From an uncultured Actinomycetota bacterium (lineage in GTDB: Bacteria; Actinomycetota; Actinomycetes; S36-B12; GCA-2699445): 64,000 bases of DNA. The notes below the pieces were generated by a model. The model made no database searches and was not told the DNA's origin. It worked only from the letters and a program-made list of their open reading frames with translations. The translations under genes were made by a program, and so were the position numbers. The stretch covers positions 337,172 to 401,171 of the forward strand of contig CAVXYG010000012.1 in the NCBI GenBank assembly GCA_963766005.1, given 5' to 3'. Below are positions 1 through 8,666 of this stretch, piece after piece; the first letter of the stretch is position 1; every line of letters starts with the position of its first letter.

Positions 1-1829
1 ATCAGGCGCCCATCTACATCGTGCACAGCACCCAGGCGGCCGCGCTGGAGCGGGCGCAGGCGCTGACGAGCGTGAACCTGTGCACTCGCGCCGAGAAGGA
101 CGCCATCATCGAGGCGCTCGGCGATTTCCGGTTCACCGCGGGGTTCGGTCGGACGCTCAGCCGACTGATACGGCACGGCATCGGCCTGCACCACGCCGGG
201 ATGCTGCCTCGCTACCGGCGGCTGGTGGAGCAGTTGACGCGGGCCGGGCTGCTGAAGGTGATCTGCGGGACCGACACGCTCGGGGTGGGGATCAACGTCC
301 CGATTCGCACGGTGCTCATCACCTCGCTGGTGAAGTTCGACGGTCGCCGGATGCGACTGATGCGGGCACGCGAGTTCCACCAGATCGCCGGCCGCGCGGG
401 CCGCGCGGGCTACGACAGCGCGGGCACGGTCGTCGTCCAGGGGCCGGACTACGAGATCGAGAACGCGCGGCTGCTGGCCAAGGCCGGCGACGATCCGAAG
501 AAGCGGCGCAAGGTCGTGCGCAAGAAGCCACCCGAGGGTGTTCCGTCCTACGGCAAGGCCACGTTCGAGCGATTGGTGGCGGCACAGCCGGAGCCGCTGC
601 AGTCGCGGTTCAGCATGACGCACGCAATGCTGCTCAACCTCGCGCACCGCCGCGGCGATGCTGCTGCCGCACTGCGGCACCTGCTGACCGACAACGATGA
701 GGATCCCGCGGGGCAGGAGCGGCTGGCGGAGCGGGCAGCCGCGATGCAGGAGTCCCTCGTCGCCGCCGGTGTCCTGGAGCTGCTCGACCCGCCCGGCCCC
801 GACGGTCGCACGATGCGCGTCGTGGACGAGGTCGGCGTCGACTTCGCCCTGAACCAGCCGTTGTCGACCTTCGCCCTGGCCGCGATGGAACTGCTGGACC
901 CGGCCTCGGAGACCTACGCCCTCGATGTGCTGTCGGTGCTGGAAGCGACGCTGGAGAATCCGCGGCAGGTCTTGTTCGCGCAGCAGCACCGGGCCCGCGG
1001 CGAGGCCGTGGCGGCGATGAAGTCCGAGGGCATCGAGTACGAGGAGCGGCTCGAACTCCTCGACGACGTCTCGTGGCCGACTCCGCTGGCGGAGATGCTG
1101 GAGTCGGCCTATGAGATCTACGCCGGCGGACACCCGTGGGTCACCGAGTACCCACTGCGTCCCAAGGCCGTCGCCCGGGAGCTGCACGACCTGGCGATGA
1201 CCTTCACCGAGTACGTGGGGTACCACCGCATCGCACCGGCGGAGGGCATCGTGCTGCGCTACCTGGCGGACGCCTACAAGGCGCTGCGCCGCACCGTGCC
1301 TGAGGAAGCGCGCACCGAAGAGATCGAGGATCTCACCGAGTGGCTCGGCGAGCTGGTGCGGCAGGTGGACTCCAGCCTGCTCGACGAATGGGAGCAGTTG
1401 CTGCATCCGGCCGAGGACGAGGTGCTGCAGGTGCGCCCCGGGGCCGCCCAGCCGCCGCCCATCACGGCCAACCGCCGCGCTTTCACCGTCCTGGTCCGCA
1501 ACGCGATGTTCCGCAGGGTGGAACTGGCGGCTCGGCGGCGCTGGGAGGAACTCGGCGAGCTCGATGCCGAGTCCGGGTGGGACGCGGCCCGGTGGCGCGA
1601 CGCGATGACGGGCTACTTCGACGAGTACGAGGAAGTCGGGATCGGGGCATCGGCTCGTGGTCCCGCACTCATCCGGATTGAGGAGCAGCCCGGACGCTGG
1701 GTGGTGCGGCAGTCATTCGACGATCCGGCCGGGGACCGCGACTGGGGGATCAGTGCAGAGATCGGCCTCGCGGCAAGCGACGCGGAGGGCGTGGCAGTGG
1801 TGCGCGTGACCGACGTCGGGTCCTACTGA
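1..1829 (+). CDS. DEAD/DEAH-box (Ski2-like) ATP-dependent helicase, C-terminal ~600 aa; 5' end lies upstream of the window
   Basis: Frame of ORF 21..1829 stays open to the window edge (QAPIYIVHS...). Helicase motif V/VI region CGTDTLGVGINVPIRTV ... FHQIAGRAGRAGYD, followed by a long helical C-terminal domain as in actinobacterial DUF3516-type helicases. Confidence 0.8.
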   Translation, partial: QAPIYIVHSTQAAALERAQALTSVNLCTRAEKDAIIEALGDFRFTAGFGRTLSRLIRHGIGLHHAGMLPRYRRLVEQLTRAGLLKVICGTDTLGVGINVPIRTVLITSLVKFDGRRMRLMRAREFHQIAGRAGRAGYDSAGTVVVQGPDYEIENARLLAKAGDDPKKRRKVVRKKPPEGVPSYGKATFERLVAAQPEPLQSRFSMTHAMLLNLAHRRGDAAAALRHLLTDNDEDPAGQERLAERAAAMQESLVAAGVLELLDPPGPDGRTMRVVDEVGVDFALNQPLSTFALAAMELLDPASETYALDVLSVLEATLENPRQVLFAQQHRARGEAVAAMKSEGIEYEERLELLDDVSWPTPLAEMLESAYEIYAGGHPWVTEYPLRPKAVARELHDLAMTFTEYVGYHRIAPAEGIVLRYLADAYKALRRTVPEEARTEEIEDLTEWLGELVRQVDSSLLDEWEQLLHPAEDEVLQVRPGAAQPPPITANRRAFTVLVRNAMFRRVELAARRRWEELGELDAESGWDAARWRDAMTGYFDEYEEVGIGASARGPALIRIEEQPGRWVVRQSFDDPAGDRDWGISAEIGLAASDAEGVAVVRVTDVGSY

Positions 1830-2490
1830 CCGGCTTCCCCGGATCCCTGGCCTCGCAACGGCGAGCCCCCGCTGGTGTCGGCAGCAGCGAGAACGGCCCG
1901 GTCTCGCGTCGAAGGGATTGCCGTGGGCCGATGCGGCCGTCGCGGTAGGGACGCCGTGACGCGGGGCGACAGACCACGCGTCGCGCTAGGAGAGTGTGCA
2001 ACCAGCGCGGGTGCTGTCTGCGGATGGTCGCACCGTCCGAGCCGTCGATGGATGGCCGCGATGCGGCCGGTGCCGGAGTTGCTCGCCGGTAAGCCTGCTT
2101 CAGATTGGAGAAGCCTGCAGATCCCCGCGTCCGACCGGGACCAAGCCGATCGACATGAGGCTTCCCGGCAGGCGTGGCGCGGCGCTGCACGCAGAAGGAT
2201 GCCGGCCGGAGACCGTCGATGCGCCACGTCGTGGGGGTTGGGCCCGGACGCGGTGCCCGGTCGAGCAGGACCGGGCACTGCGTCCCGGGCACCGACGCCG
2301 CTCGGAACGGGGCGACCACAGTGTTGGCGGGGATCGTCCCCGGCAGGACAGGCGAAGGAATCCGTGCGGTGCGATCAGCCGGGCGTCCCCAGCCAAGCCA
2401 AGGCCAGCCGATTGGATGCCACTGAGCGAGTCCCGGGCCTGACCAGGCGACCTGCCAAGGACCTGCGCGGCAACGTCGGGTTCTGCGCGA

Positions 2491-3015
2491 TCAGGCGCCA
2501 GCGATCGGCGGGGCCCCGCTATCGGCGCCCTCCGGGCCCGTCTCTCTGGCGACGTACTCCTCGATGTTGTCGACGTGGGCACTGTTGCGCTGGACCACGG
2601 CGAGCAGCGCCTGCATCGACGCCACCTCCTCGACCTGCTCCTTGATGAACCACTGCAGGAACTGCTCCGAGGCGTAGTCGCTGTCCTCGCGAGCAGTGCG
2701 CAGCAGCGTGTTGATCTGATCCGTGACCCTGCGCTCCTGGGCCAGGGCCAGTTCCACCGGAGCTACGACGTCGTCGAAGTCGGCTGCGGGGGCCGCAACG
2801 GCCGGGATCCGGACCCGGGCGTCGATGTCGAGCAGATACTGCAGCATCATCATCGCGTGGTTGCGCTCCTCGAGCGCCTGCGCATAGAAGTGGGCGGCCA
2901 TCCTGGGCATGGTCAGGCCGTCGTAGAACGCCGCGCACGCCACGTACTGGTTGTGCGCGCCGAACTCGTGACCGACCTGGTCGTTGAGCAGGGTCACGAG
3001 CTTCCGTTCGGTCAT
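2491..3015 (-). CDS. Ferritin (non-heme, BfrB/Ftn-like)
   Basis: MTERKLVTLLNDQVGHEFGAHNQY...EERNHAMMMLQYL... ferritin di-iron residues. ATG at 3015 is preceded by GGAGG (minus strand). The N-terminal 32 codons of the track ORF look non-coding. Confidence 0.85.
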   Translation of the reverse strand: MTERKLVTLLNDQVGHEFGAHNQYVACAAFYDGLTMPRMAAHFYAQALEERNHAMMMLQYLLDIDARVRIPAVAAPAADFDDVVAPVELALAQERRVTDQINTLLRTAREDSDYASEQFLQWFIKEQVEEVASMQALLAVVQRNSAHVDNIEEYVARETGPEGADSGAPPIAGA

Positions 3016-3297
3016 GGCCGAGACCTCCAGCGTCCGCGATCGCAACTGTTCTGACACTGGCGAGCATAGTCCCGATCCGAAGCGCAGGCCCCTGCGCCAG
3101 TGGCCTGGCATCCGGCATGGCGAGGTCGACCCCCGCCCGCCGCTGGACTACGGCGGGGCGCATCTCGGCCCACCTCCGCTGGCACACTGGTGCGGTGACA
3201 GGTGCGCCGCGGGAGGCGAGGAGCGCGCTGGGCAGGAGCGCGCGGGAATGCTGGCCGCCAAGGCCGAGCGCGAGGCCGACGGATCCGAAGATGGGCT

Positions 3298-3825
3298 ATG
3301 ACGGCTAGGCGCAGCGCCGCACTTCTGGCCTACCGGAGAGCGGCAGAGGGCGGTCTGCACGTCTTCCTCGGCCACATGGGCGGTCCGTGGTGGGCGCACA
3401 AGGACGACCGCGGCTGGTCCATCCCGAAAGGGGAGTACGACGTCTCCAGCGAGGAGCCGCAGGCCGCGGCGCGCCGGGAGTTCACCGAGGAGATCGGGAC
3501 GGATCCCCCCTGGAAGGACGTGCTCGACCTTGGCGTCTGCGTCCAGCCAAGCGGCAAGCGCATTCGCACCTTCGCTGTGCCCGCCGATTCCTCGCTGCGG
3601 TTCCACTCCAGCTCCCGCTTCTCCATGGAGTGGCCGCGCGGATCGGGGATCGTGGCGCAGTTCCCCGAGATCGACCGCGCGCAGTGGTTCGGCATCACCG
3701 AGGCTCGCCGCAAGGTGGTACGCGGCCAAGTGCCGATTCTCGACACGCTGGCTGCCCGCGCCGCCGGGTCCGGCCGGCCGGCTGGAAACCTGGACCGACC
3801 GACATCCGCGCCGCCACATCCCTAG
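3298..3825 (+). CDS. NUDIX-family hydrolase
   Basis: Nudix box KGEYDVSSEEPQAAARREFTEEIG (GX5EX7REUXEEXGU). ATG at 3298 chosen because the upstream part of ORF 3202..3825 is Arg/Gly junk. Confidence 0.75.
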   Translation: MTARRSAALLAYRRAAEGGLHVFLGHMGGPWWAHKDDRGWSIPKGEYDVSSEEPQAAARREFTEEIGTDPPWKDVLDLGVCVQPSGKRIRTFAVPADSSLRFHSSSRFSMEWPRGSGIVAQFPEIDRAQWFGITEARRKVVRGQVPILDTLAARAAGSGRPAGNLDRPTSAPPHP

Positions 3826-3856
3826 ACTCCCGGACGTACCCGAGGGAGGCCGCACG

Positions 3857-5398
3857 ATGACCGAGCGCCGTTTGACGCCAGCCGATGCCTGTTGGCTGTA
3901 CAGCGATTACGACAAGAACCATCAAACGGTCTCGGCCCTGCTGTGGCTGGATCGGGAGATCGACCCCGACGAGTTCCGCAGCATCGTGCAGACGCGGCTG
4001 CTGGATCAGTACCCGACGTTCACCGAGCGCATCCGCAACTCGCGCAACCCGCTGCTGATGCCGCACTGGCAGGACGATCCGACGTTCGACATCGAGTACC
4101 ACATCGAGGTGGTCGAGCTGCCGCCGCCCGGAGACAAGGAGCAGCTCGAAGCCCTGGTCTCGCAGCAGCGCAGTCAGATGCTGGACCACAGCAAGCCTCT
4201 GTGGCGGATGCACATCATCCAGGGATACAACGGTGCCACCGCGATTCATGCCCGGATCCAGCACGCGATCGCCGACGGCTGGGCCCTGGTGCGGCTGGTG
4301 ATGTCGCTGGCCGACGAAGCCGTCGAGGAGCCGGCTGCTCAGGTCGCCGAGCCCGGTGCCCGTCACCGCAAGCGCGACGCGGCCATGGAGACCGCGCTGG
4401 AGGCGGTGGACGCCGCGAAGCGGGCCGCCGGCGGCGCCGCCGAAGCAGCATCGCGTGCGGTCGACAAGGTATCCGAGGCGGTGCGCCATCCGGCATCGGT
4501 CCCGGCTCGCCTCGCCTCCGGCGCGGAGGCGATGACCGAAGTGATCACGCTCCCGCCGGACCCGAGGCGGTTCATCGAGTTCGGCTCGGACGTCTCCGAG
4601 GCCGTCCTGGACCAGGTGGCGCCGATCGCCGAGACCGCGGAGGCCGTGGCCACGGGTGCCCAGAACGCGGTGGAGTTCCTGAACGCCCCCAAGCCGGGGA
4701 AGACGATCATGCACGGCTCGCCATCCGGGCAGAAGAAGGTGGTCTGGATCGACGAGGCCCTGGGCCTGGATCCGGTCAAGCAGGCGGGCAAGGCGTTCGG
4801 CGCGACCATCAACGATCTGTTGATGGGGGCGGTCACCAATGCGCTGCGCCAGTACCTGCTCGAGCGCGACGCGCTGAGCGTGGACTCCATGCTGTTCTCC
4901 GTCCCCGTCAGCCTGCGCAAGCCCGACGACCCATTGCCCCGCAACCTCGGAAACCGGTTCGGACTGGTGACGGTGGAGCTGCCGGTGGGGATCGAGGATC
5001 CGGTCGAGCAGGTGCGCGCGATCAAGGCGCAGATCGATGAGATCAAGGGCTCCCAGATGCCCATCGTCTCCTTCGGGCTGGTGTCGGCCGCCGCGATCAC
5101 GACGCCGGAGGTCGAGCGACTGCTGCACCGGGTGACGCAGGACCAGACGGCCGGGGTCGTCACGAATGTGGTGGGCCCGCGCAACCAGCTGACACTGGCG
5201 GGGGCGAAGGTGGTCGGCGCCTGGGGCCTCGGCGGCGTGGCAGGCAACATGAACCTGTGCTTCGGCATCTTCAGCCTCGCCGGGGGCATCAACTTCGCGG
5301 TGAGCAGCGACGTGGCCATCACTCCCGATCCGGAGCGGCTGCTCGACGGCTTCGTGGCGACCGTGGAACTGCTCAAGGAGCGCGCCGGCATCGAGTAG
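3857..5398 (+). CDS. Wax ester synthase / diacylglycerol acyltransferase (WS/DGAT) family protein
   Basis: N-terminal WS/DGAT signature (LTPADACWLY...PLWRMHIIQGY...IHARIQHAIADGWAL, variant of HHxxxDG) and C-terminal NLGNRFG...TNVVGP motifs. ATG 3857 has GAGGGAGG 8 nt upstream. Confidence 0.85.
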   Translation: MTERRLTPADACWLYSDYDKNHQTVSALLWLDREIDPDEFRSIVQTRLLDQYPTFTERIRNSRNPLLMPHWQDDPTFDIEYHIEVVELPPPGDKEQLEALVSQQRSQMLDHSKPLWRMHIIQGYNGATAIHARIQHAIADGWALVRLVMSLADEAVEEPAAQVAEPGARHRKRDAAMETALEAVDAAKRAAGGAAEAASRAVDKVSEAVRHPASVPARLASGAEAMTEVITLPPDPRRFIEFGSDVSEAVLDQVAPIAETAEAVATGAQNAVEFLNAPKPGKTIMHGSPSGQKKVVWIDEALGLDPVKQAGKAFGATINDLLMGAVTNALRQYLLERDALSVDSMLFSVPVSLRKPDDPLPRNLGNRFGLVTVELPVGIEDPVEQVRAIKAQIDEIKGSQMPIVSFGLVSAAAITTPEVERLLHRVTQDQTAGVVTNVVGPRNQLTLAGAKVVGAWGLGGVAGNMNLCFGIFSLAGGINFAVSSDVAITPDPERLLDGFVATVELLKERAGIE

Positions 5399-5430
5399 CC
5401 GACGGACGGCGGCCCGGGCAGCCGCCTGAT

Positions 5431-5482
5431 CGTTGATCGCCGCGGATTCCCGCGCCAGTGCCAGATTTCGCGACGATCAACG
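5431..5482 (+). terminator. Stem-loop downstream of the WS/DGAT gene (14-bp stem with 1 mismatch, no U-tract)
   Basis: CGTTGATCGCCGCG (5431-5444) pairs with CGCGACGATCAACG (5469-5482). Starts 33 nt after the stop at 5398. Confidence 0.35.
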
Positions 5483-5617
5483 CCAGCGACCCGGCGCCCG
5501 CGGCCCGATCACGACCGAGCTGCGGGTGGCGCTGCGAGGCGGCGACGTCACTCGTTCGGGGGTGTTGCGCTCAGGCGCAGAGAGTAGAGTCCGGCACGAT
5601 TCCTGGAAAGGCCAGCA

Positions 5618-6025
5618 ATGACGAGTCAACTGAACGCCTACCTCAGCTTCAACGGCGATGCCAGGGAGGCGATGGAGCGGTACAGCGAAATCTTCGGCGG
5701 CGAGTTGGAGGTGACCACCTTCGCGGAGTTCGGCGTGGGGGGCCCTGACTTGGCGGACAACATCATGCACGCGACCATGACCGGCGCCAAGGGCTTCGTC
5801 CTGATGGGGTCGGATACGCCGCCCGGGATGACCTACTCGACCACCGGCAACGTGCAGTTGATCCTGAGCGGCGCCGATGAGGCCGAGCTGCGGGGCTACT
5901 GGGAGGCCCTGTCCGCCGGCGGGGAGGTGGAGTCGCCGCTGGAATCGCAGGTGTGGGGCGACATCTACGGCCGCTGCATCGATCGGTTCGGCATCACGTG
6001 GATGGTCAACATCTCCGTGGGCTGA
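5618..6025 (+). CDS. VOC / PhnB-like (glyoxalase-fold) protein
   Basis: 135 aa. LNAYLSFNGDAREAMERYSEIFGG...WGDIYGRCIDRFGITWMVN is typical of the PhnB/YjdN 3-demethylubiquinone-methyltransferase-like VOC family. Confidence 0.75.
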   Translation: MTSQLNAYLSFNGDAREAMERYSEIFGGELEVTTFAEFGVGGPDLADNIMHATMTGAKGFVLMGSDTPPGMTYSTTGNVQLILSGADEAELRGYWEALSAGGEVESPLESQVWGDIYGRCIDRFGITWMVNISVG

Positions 6026-7098
6026 TGCTGCCCGATGCGCTCGTTCAGCCGACGACGCCTGTCCGGGCGCTCGCCTTCGCCGATGCGCTGCTCGCCAACG
6101 AACACCTGGCTCTACTCGTCGGCGCGACGGGCTCCTCGGGCGGCTCGGACGTCGTCGACCGCGCGCTGCGATCGTCCCGCCGGCTGCTGACTCCGCAGGA
6201 GCAGGAGCAGGTCGATCACGTGCTGGCCCACCGCTCCCGCACCGCGGCCGTGGCCGACCCCGACGGCGCCGCCACGGCTTCCCGGGAGGACCGTGTCGCT
6301 GCGCTGCGCCGGTTCGCGGCCCGGAACTGGGACTTCCGCTGCGGTCGGGAGCGCGACCGCATTCCCACCTCCGCAGAGGTGCTGCCGCACGACGTCGCGG
6401 GGCTCGTCACGGCGCTGGCCGATGACTGGCTCATGCGCACCGGACACCGCGCTGTCGGCTGCTTCGATGCCGCGGTCGTCCTCGGAGGCCTGCTGCAGTC
6501 CAACGTCCACCGTGCCGCAGCAGCGTCGCGGATCCTCACGGCGGAGGCCGTCGTGTGCCCGGCCGTCATCGGGCTGGCGGCACGCCGGCCGCTGTCCCCG
6601 CAGGAGCGCGCCGCCTCGATTCGCCTCCGGATGCCGGCCGAGACCGAGGCCGAGAGCCTGGCGCAGGCGATCGCGCGGGCGTTCGACGTCGACCCGACAG
6701 CTTGGCGCCTGACCAGTCCGGGAATCCTGGAGCAGCGGGCAGGCGATGGGCGCCGCCTGGCTGTCGCCATGGTGCCGCTGCATGCCGGCGGGGCACGCCC
6801 CACAACCGGTGATGCGTTCGACTGGCTCCTGTCCGCGGGTGAGATCGAGGTCGGGGATCGACTGATGAGCGTCACCACCGCCATCTACTGGATCCAGAAC
6901 CACTGCAATCTCCTGACCCGGCTGCCCGCTGAGGGTGCACGCCTCGTGACCGCGAGCGATCCGCACCCGGCGCCCTGGCTGCCCGCGCCCGTCTATCGAA
7001 GCCAGCACTACCTCCAGGAGATCAAGGCGGCCATCGATGTGCTGCCGGACCTGCTCGCCTGGGCTGGGTCAGCGGTCGGGGGGCCGGCAGCGCCGTAA
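6025..7098 (+). CDS. Hypothetical protein (357 aa), start overlaps the stop of the VOC gene
   Basis: ATG 6025 shares its A with the TGA of the preceding gene (CTGATG). No confident family. The segment FDAAVVLGGLL...SVTTAIYWIQNH weakly resembles DUF218/YdcF-type domains. Confidence 0.6.
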   Translation: MLPDALVQPTTPVRALAFADALLANEHLALLVGATGSSGGSDVVDRALRSSRRLLTPQEQEQVDHVLAHRSRTAAVADPDGAATASREDRVAALRRFAARNWDFRCGRERDRIPTSAEVLPHDVAGLVTALADDWLMRTGHRAVGCFDAAVVLGGLLQSNVHRAAAASRILTAEAVVCPAVIGLAARRPLSPQERAASIRLRMPAETEAESLAQAIARAFDVDPTAWRLTSPGILEQRAGDGRRLAVAMVPLHAGGARPTTGDAFDWLLSAGEIEVGDRLMSVTTAIYWIQNHCNLLTRLPAEGARLVTASDPHPAPWLPAPVYRSQHYLQEIKAAIDVLPDLLAWAGSAVGGPAAP

Positions 7099-7201
7099 GG
7101 GTGCAGGGTCCCGCAGCACGGGTCCCGCGCCGGCTCCGGAGACGCGGCCGAACACCGCGGCGCGGTCGTCCGGTGGTCCGGAACGATGTGGGTGCCGGCG
7201 G

Positions 7202-7426
7202 ATGATCCTCGAACTCGGGCCGTTCCCGGCGGTGCGCACGTTCCACAGCGCGCTGCGGTCCGCTCCGGCCACCGCGCCGTTGCTCTCGGCGGCGCAGCGA
7301 TGCGGCCCGGCCATCGTGCAGGAGACCGGCGCAGTCTCGACGCCGCCCATCGGGGCGCACCCAGGGTCGCACTCGGGCACAGTGGGTGGCATGAGGCACC
7401 CGCCCGCCGAAGATGAGGCGATATGA
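7202..7426 (+). CDS. Candidate small ORF (74 aa) upstream of add; very uncertain
   Basis: ATG 7202 ... ATA TGA, with the TGA overlapping the add ATG (ATATGAGC). High third-position GC by hand count, but a mirrored minus-strand ORF (start 7399) scores equally well. Confidence 0.25.
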   Translation: MILELGPFPAVRTFHSALRSAPATAPLLSAAQRCGPAIVQETGAVSTPPIGAHPGSHSGTVGGMRHPPAEDEAI

Positions 7427-8514
7427 GCCCGATGCGCGACGTGATCGCGCGCGCTCCCAAGGTGCTGCTCCACGACCATCTCGACGGCGGTCTGCGGCCC
7501 GAGACGATCGTGGACCTGGCCCGCGATGCCGGCTACGACAGGCTGCCGACGACCGACCCCGCCGCGCTGCGCCGGTGGTTCGCCGCCTCGGCCGACTCCG
7601 GGTCCCTGGAGCGCTACCTGGCCACGTTCACGCACACGGTCGCGGTGATGCAGACCGTGCCGGCGCTGCACCGGGTGGCGCGGGAGTGTGCCGAGGATCT
7701 CGCCGAGGACGGCGTCGTCTATGCCGAAGTCCGGTTCGCGCCCGAGCTGCATACCGAGCGGGGCTTGACGCTGGAGGAGGTCGTCGAGGCGGTACTCGCC
7801 GGCTTCGCCGACGGTCAGCGGATCGCTGGAGCCGCCGGTCGGCCGATTGTCGTGCGCACCCTGCTGACCGCGATGCGCACCGCGCCGCGGTCTCGGGACA
7901 TCGCGCGACTGGTCGTGGCCTACCGCGACCGCGGTGTCGCAGGCTTCGACATCGCAGGACCGGAGGCGGGCTACCCGCCGACGAAGCACCTGAACGCCTT
8001 CGAGTTCCTGCGCGAGCAGAACGCGCACTTCACCATTCACGCCGGGGAGGCCTTCGGGCTGCCCAGCATCGCAGAGGCGCTGCAGCGCTGCGGTGCCGAC
8101 CGACTGGGGCACGGCGTGCGGATCGTGGACGATATCGAGGTCCTGCCCGACGGCCGAGCCCGTCTGGGACGCCTGGCCGGCTACGTGCGCGACCGCCGGG
8201 TGCCGCTGGAGATGTGTCCCAGCTCCAACGTGCAGACCGGCGCCTGCGACACGATCGCGGCGCATCCCATCGGGCTGCTGCGGCGGCTGGGCTTCCGGGT
8301 GACGATCAACACCGACAACCGCCTGATGTCGCACACCTGCCTGTCTGGCGAGATGGCTCTGGCCTGCGAGGCGTTCGGGTGGGGGGTGGCCGATCTGGAG
8401 TGGCTCACCGTCAATGCGATGAAGAGCGCGTTCCTGCCCTTCGACGAGCGTGTGGAGATGATCGACTCGGTGATCGCGCCGGGCTATGCGGCCCTGTCCG
8501 CCCTGCTCGGCTGA
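7423..8514 (+). CDS. add: Adenosine deaminase
   Basis: [22 protein letters not shown]... and SLNTDD-type C-terminal motif ([10 protein letters not shown]). Full-length 363 aa. Confidence 0.92.
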   Translation: MSPMRDVIARAPKVLLHDHLDGGLRPETIVDLARDAGYDRLPTTDPAALRRWFAASADSGSLERYLATFTHTVAVMQTVPALHRVARECAEDLAEDGVVYAEVRFAPELHTERGLTLEEVVEAVLAGFADGQRIAGAAGRPIVVRTLLTAMRTAPRSRDIARLVVAYRDRGVAGFDIAGPEAGYPPTKHLNAFEFLREQNAHFTIHAGEAFGLPSIAEALQRCGADRLGHGVRIVDDIEVLPDGRARLGRLAGYVRDRRVPLEMCPSSNVQTGACDTIAAHPIGLLRRLGFRVTINTDNRLMSHTCLSGEMALACEAFGWGVADLEWLTVNAMKSAFLPFDERVEMIDSVIAPGYAALSALLG

Positions 8515-8666
8515 GCGGCGGCAGTCGACCGATCAACGGCGCGCCCGCGCGACCTGCTTGCCGTCGCCTGGGCGGTCCGCCGAGGACCCCGTGCGAGCCG
8601 AGCCAAGCAGCGGAGCGCGGTCGCACCGCCTCGCCCGGTCGCACGGCAGGCCGATCGGTGACCGCG

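Noticed and set aside
2041-2100. RNase P RNA-like strings (TCGATGGATGGCC and TAAGCCTGCTTCAG resembling the complement of ACAGAACCCGGCTTA)
   Set aside because: The two resemblances are in opposite orientations. The universally conserved GAGGAAAGTCCGG (P4) and GGTAAGGGTGAAA elements are absent on either strand.
3016-3297. IdeR iron box upstream of the ferritin gene
   Set aside because: No sequence approximating TTAGGTTAGGCTAACCTAA is present. The region is GC-rich with only short unrelated palindromes.
3695-5128. Long antisense or out-of-frame ORFs overlapping confidently assigned genes (for example 3695..5128 -, 7069..8334 -, 14329..16263 +, 18024..19691 +, 47819..49630 -, 31494..32708 +, 12139..14217 -)
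   Set aside because: All are Arg/Gly/Pro/His-rich shadow frames opposite genes with clear family motifs, which is expected at about 70% GC.
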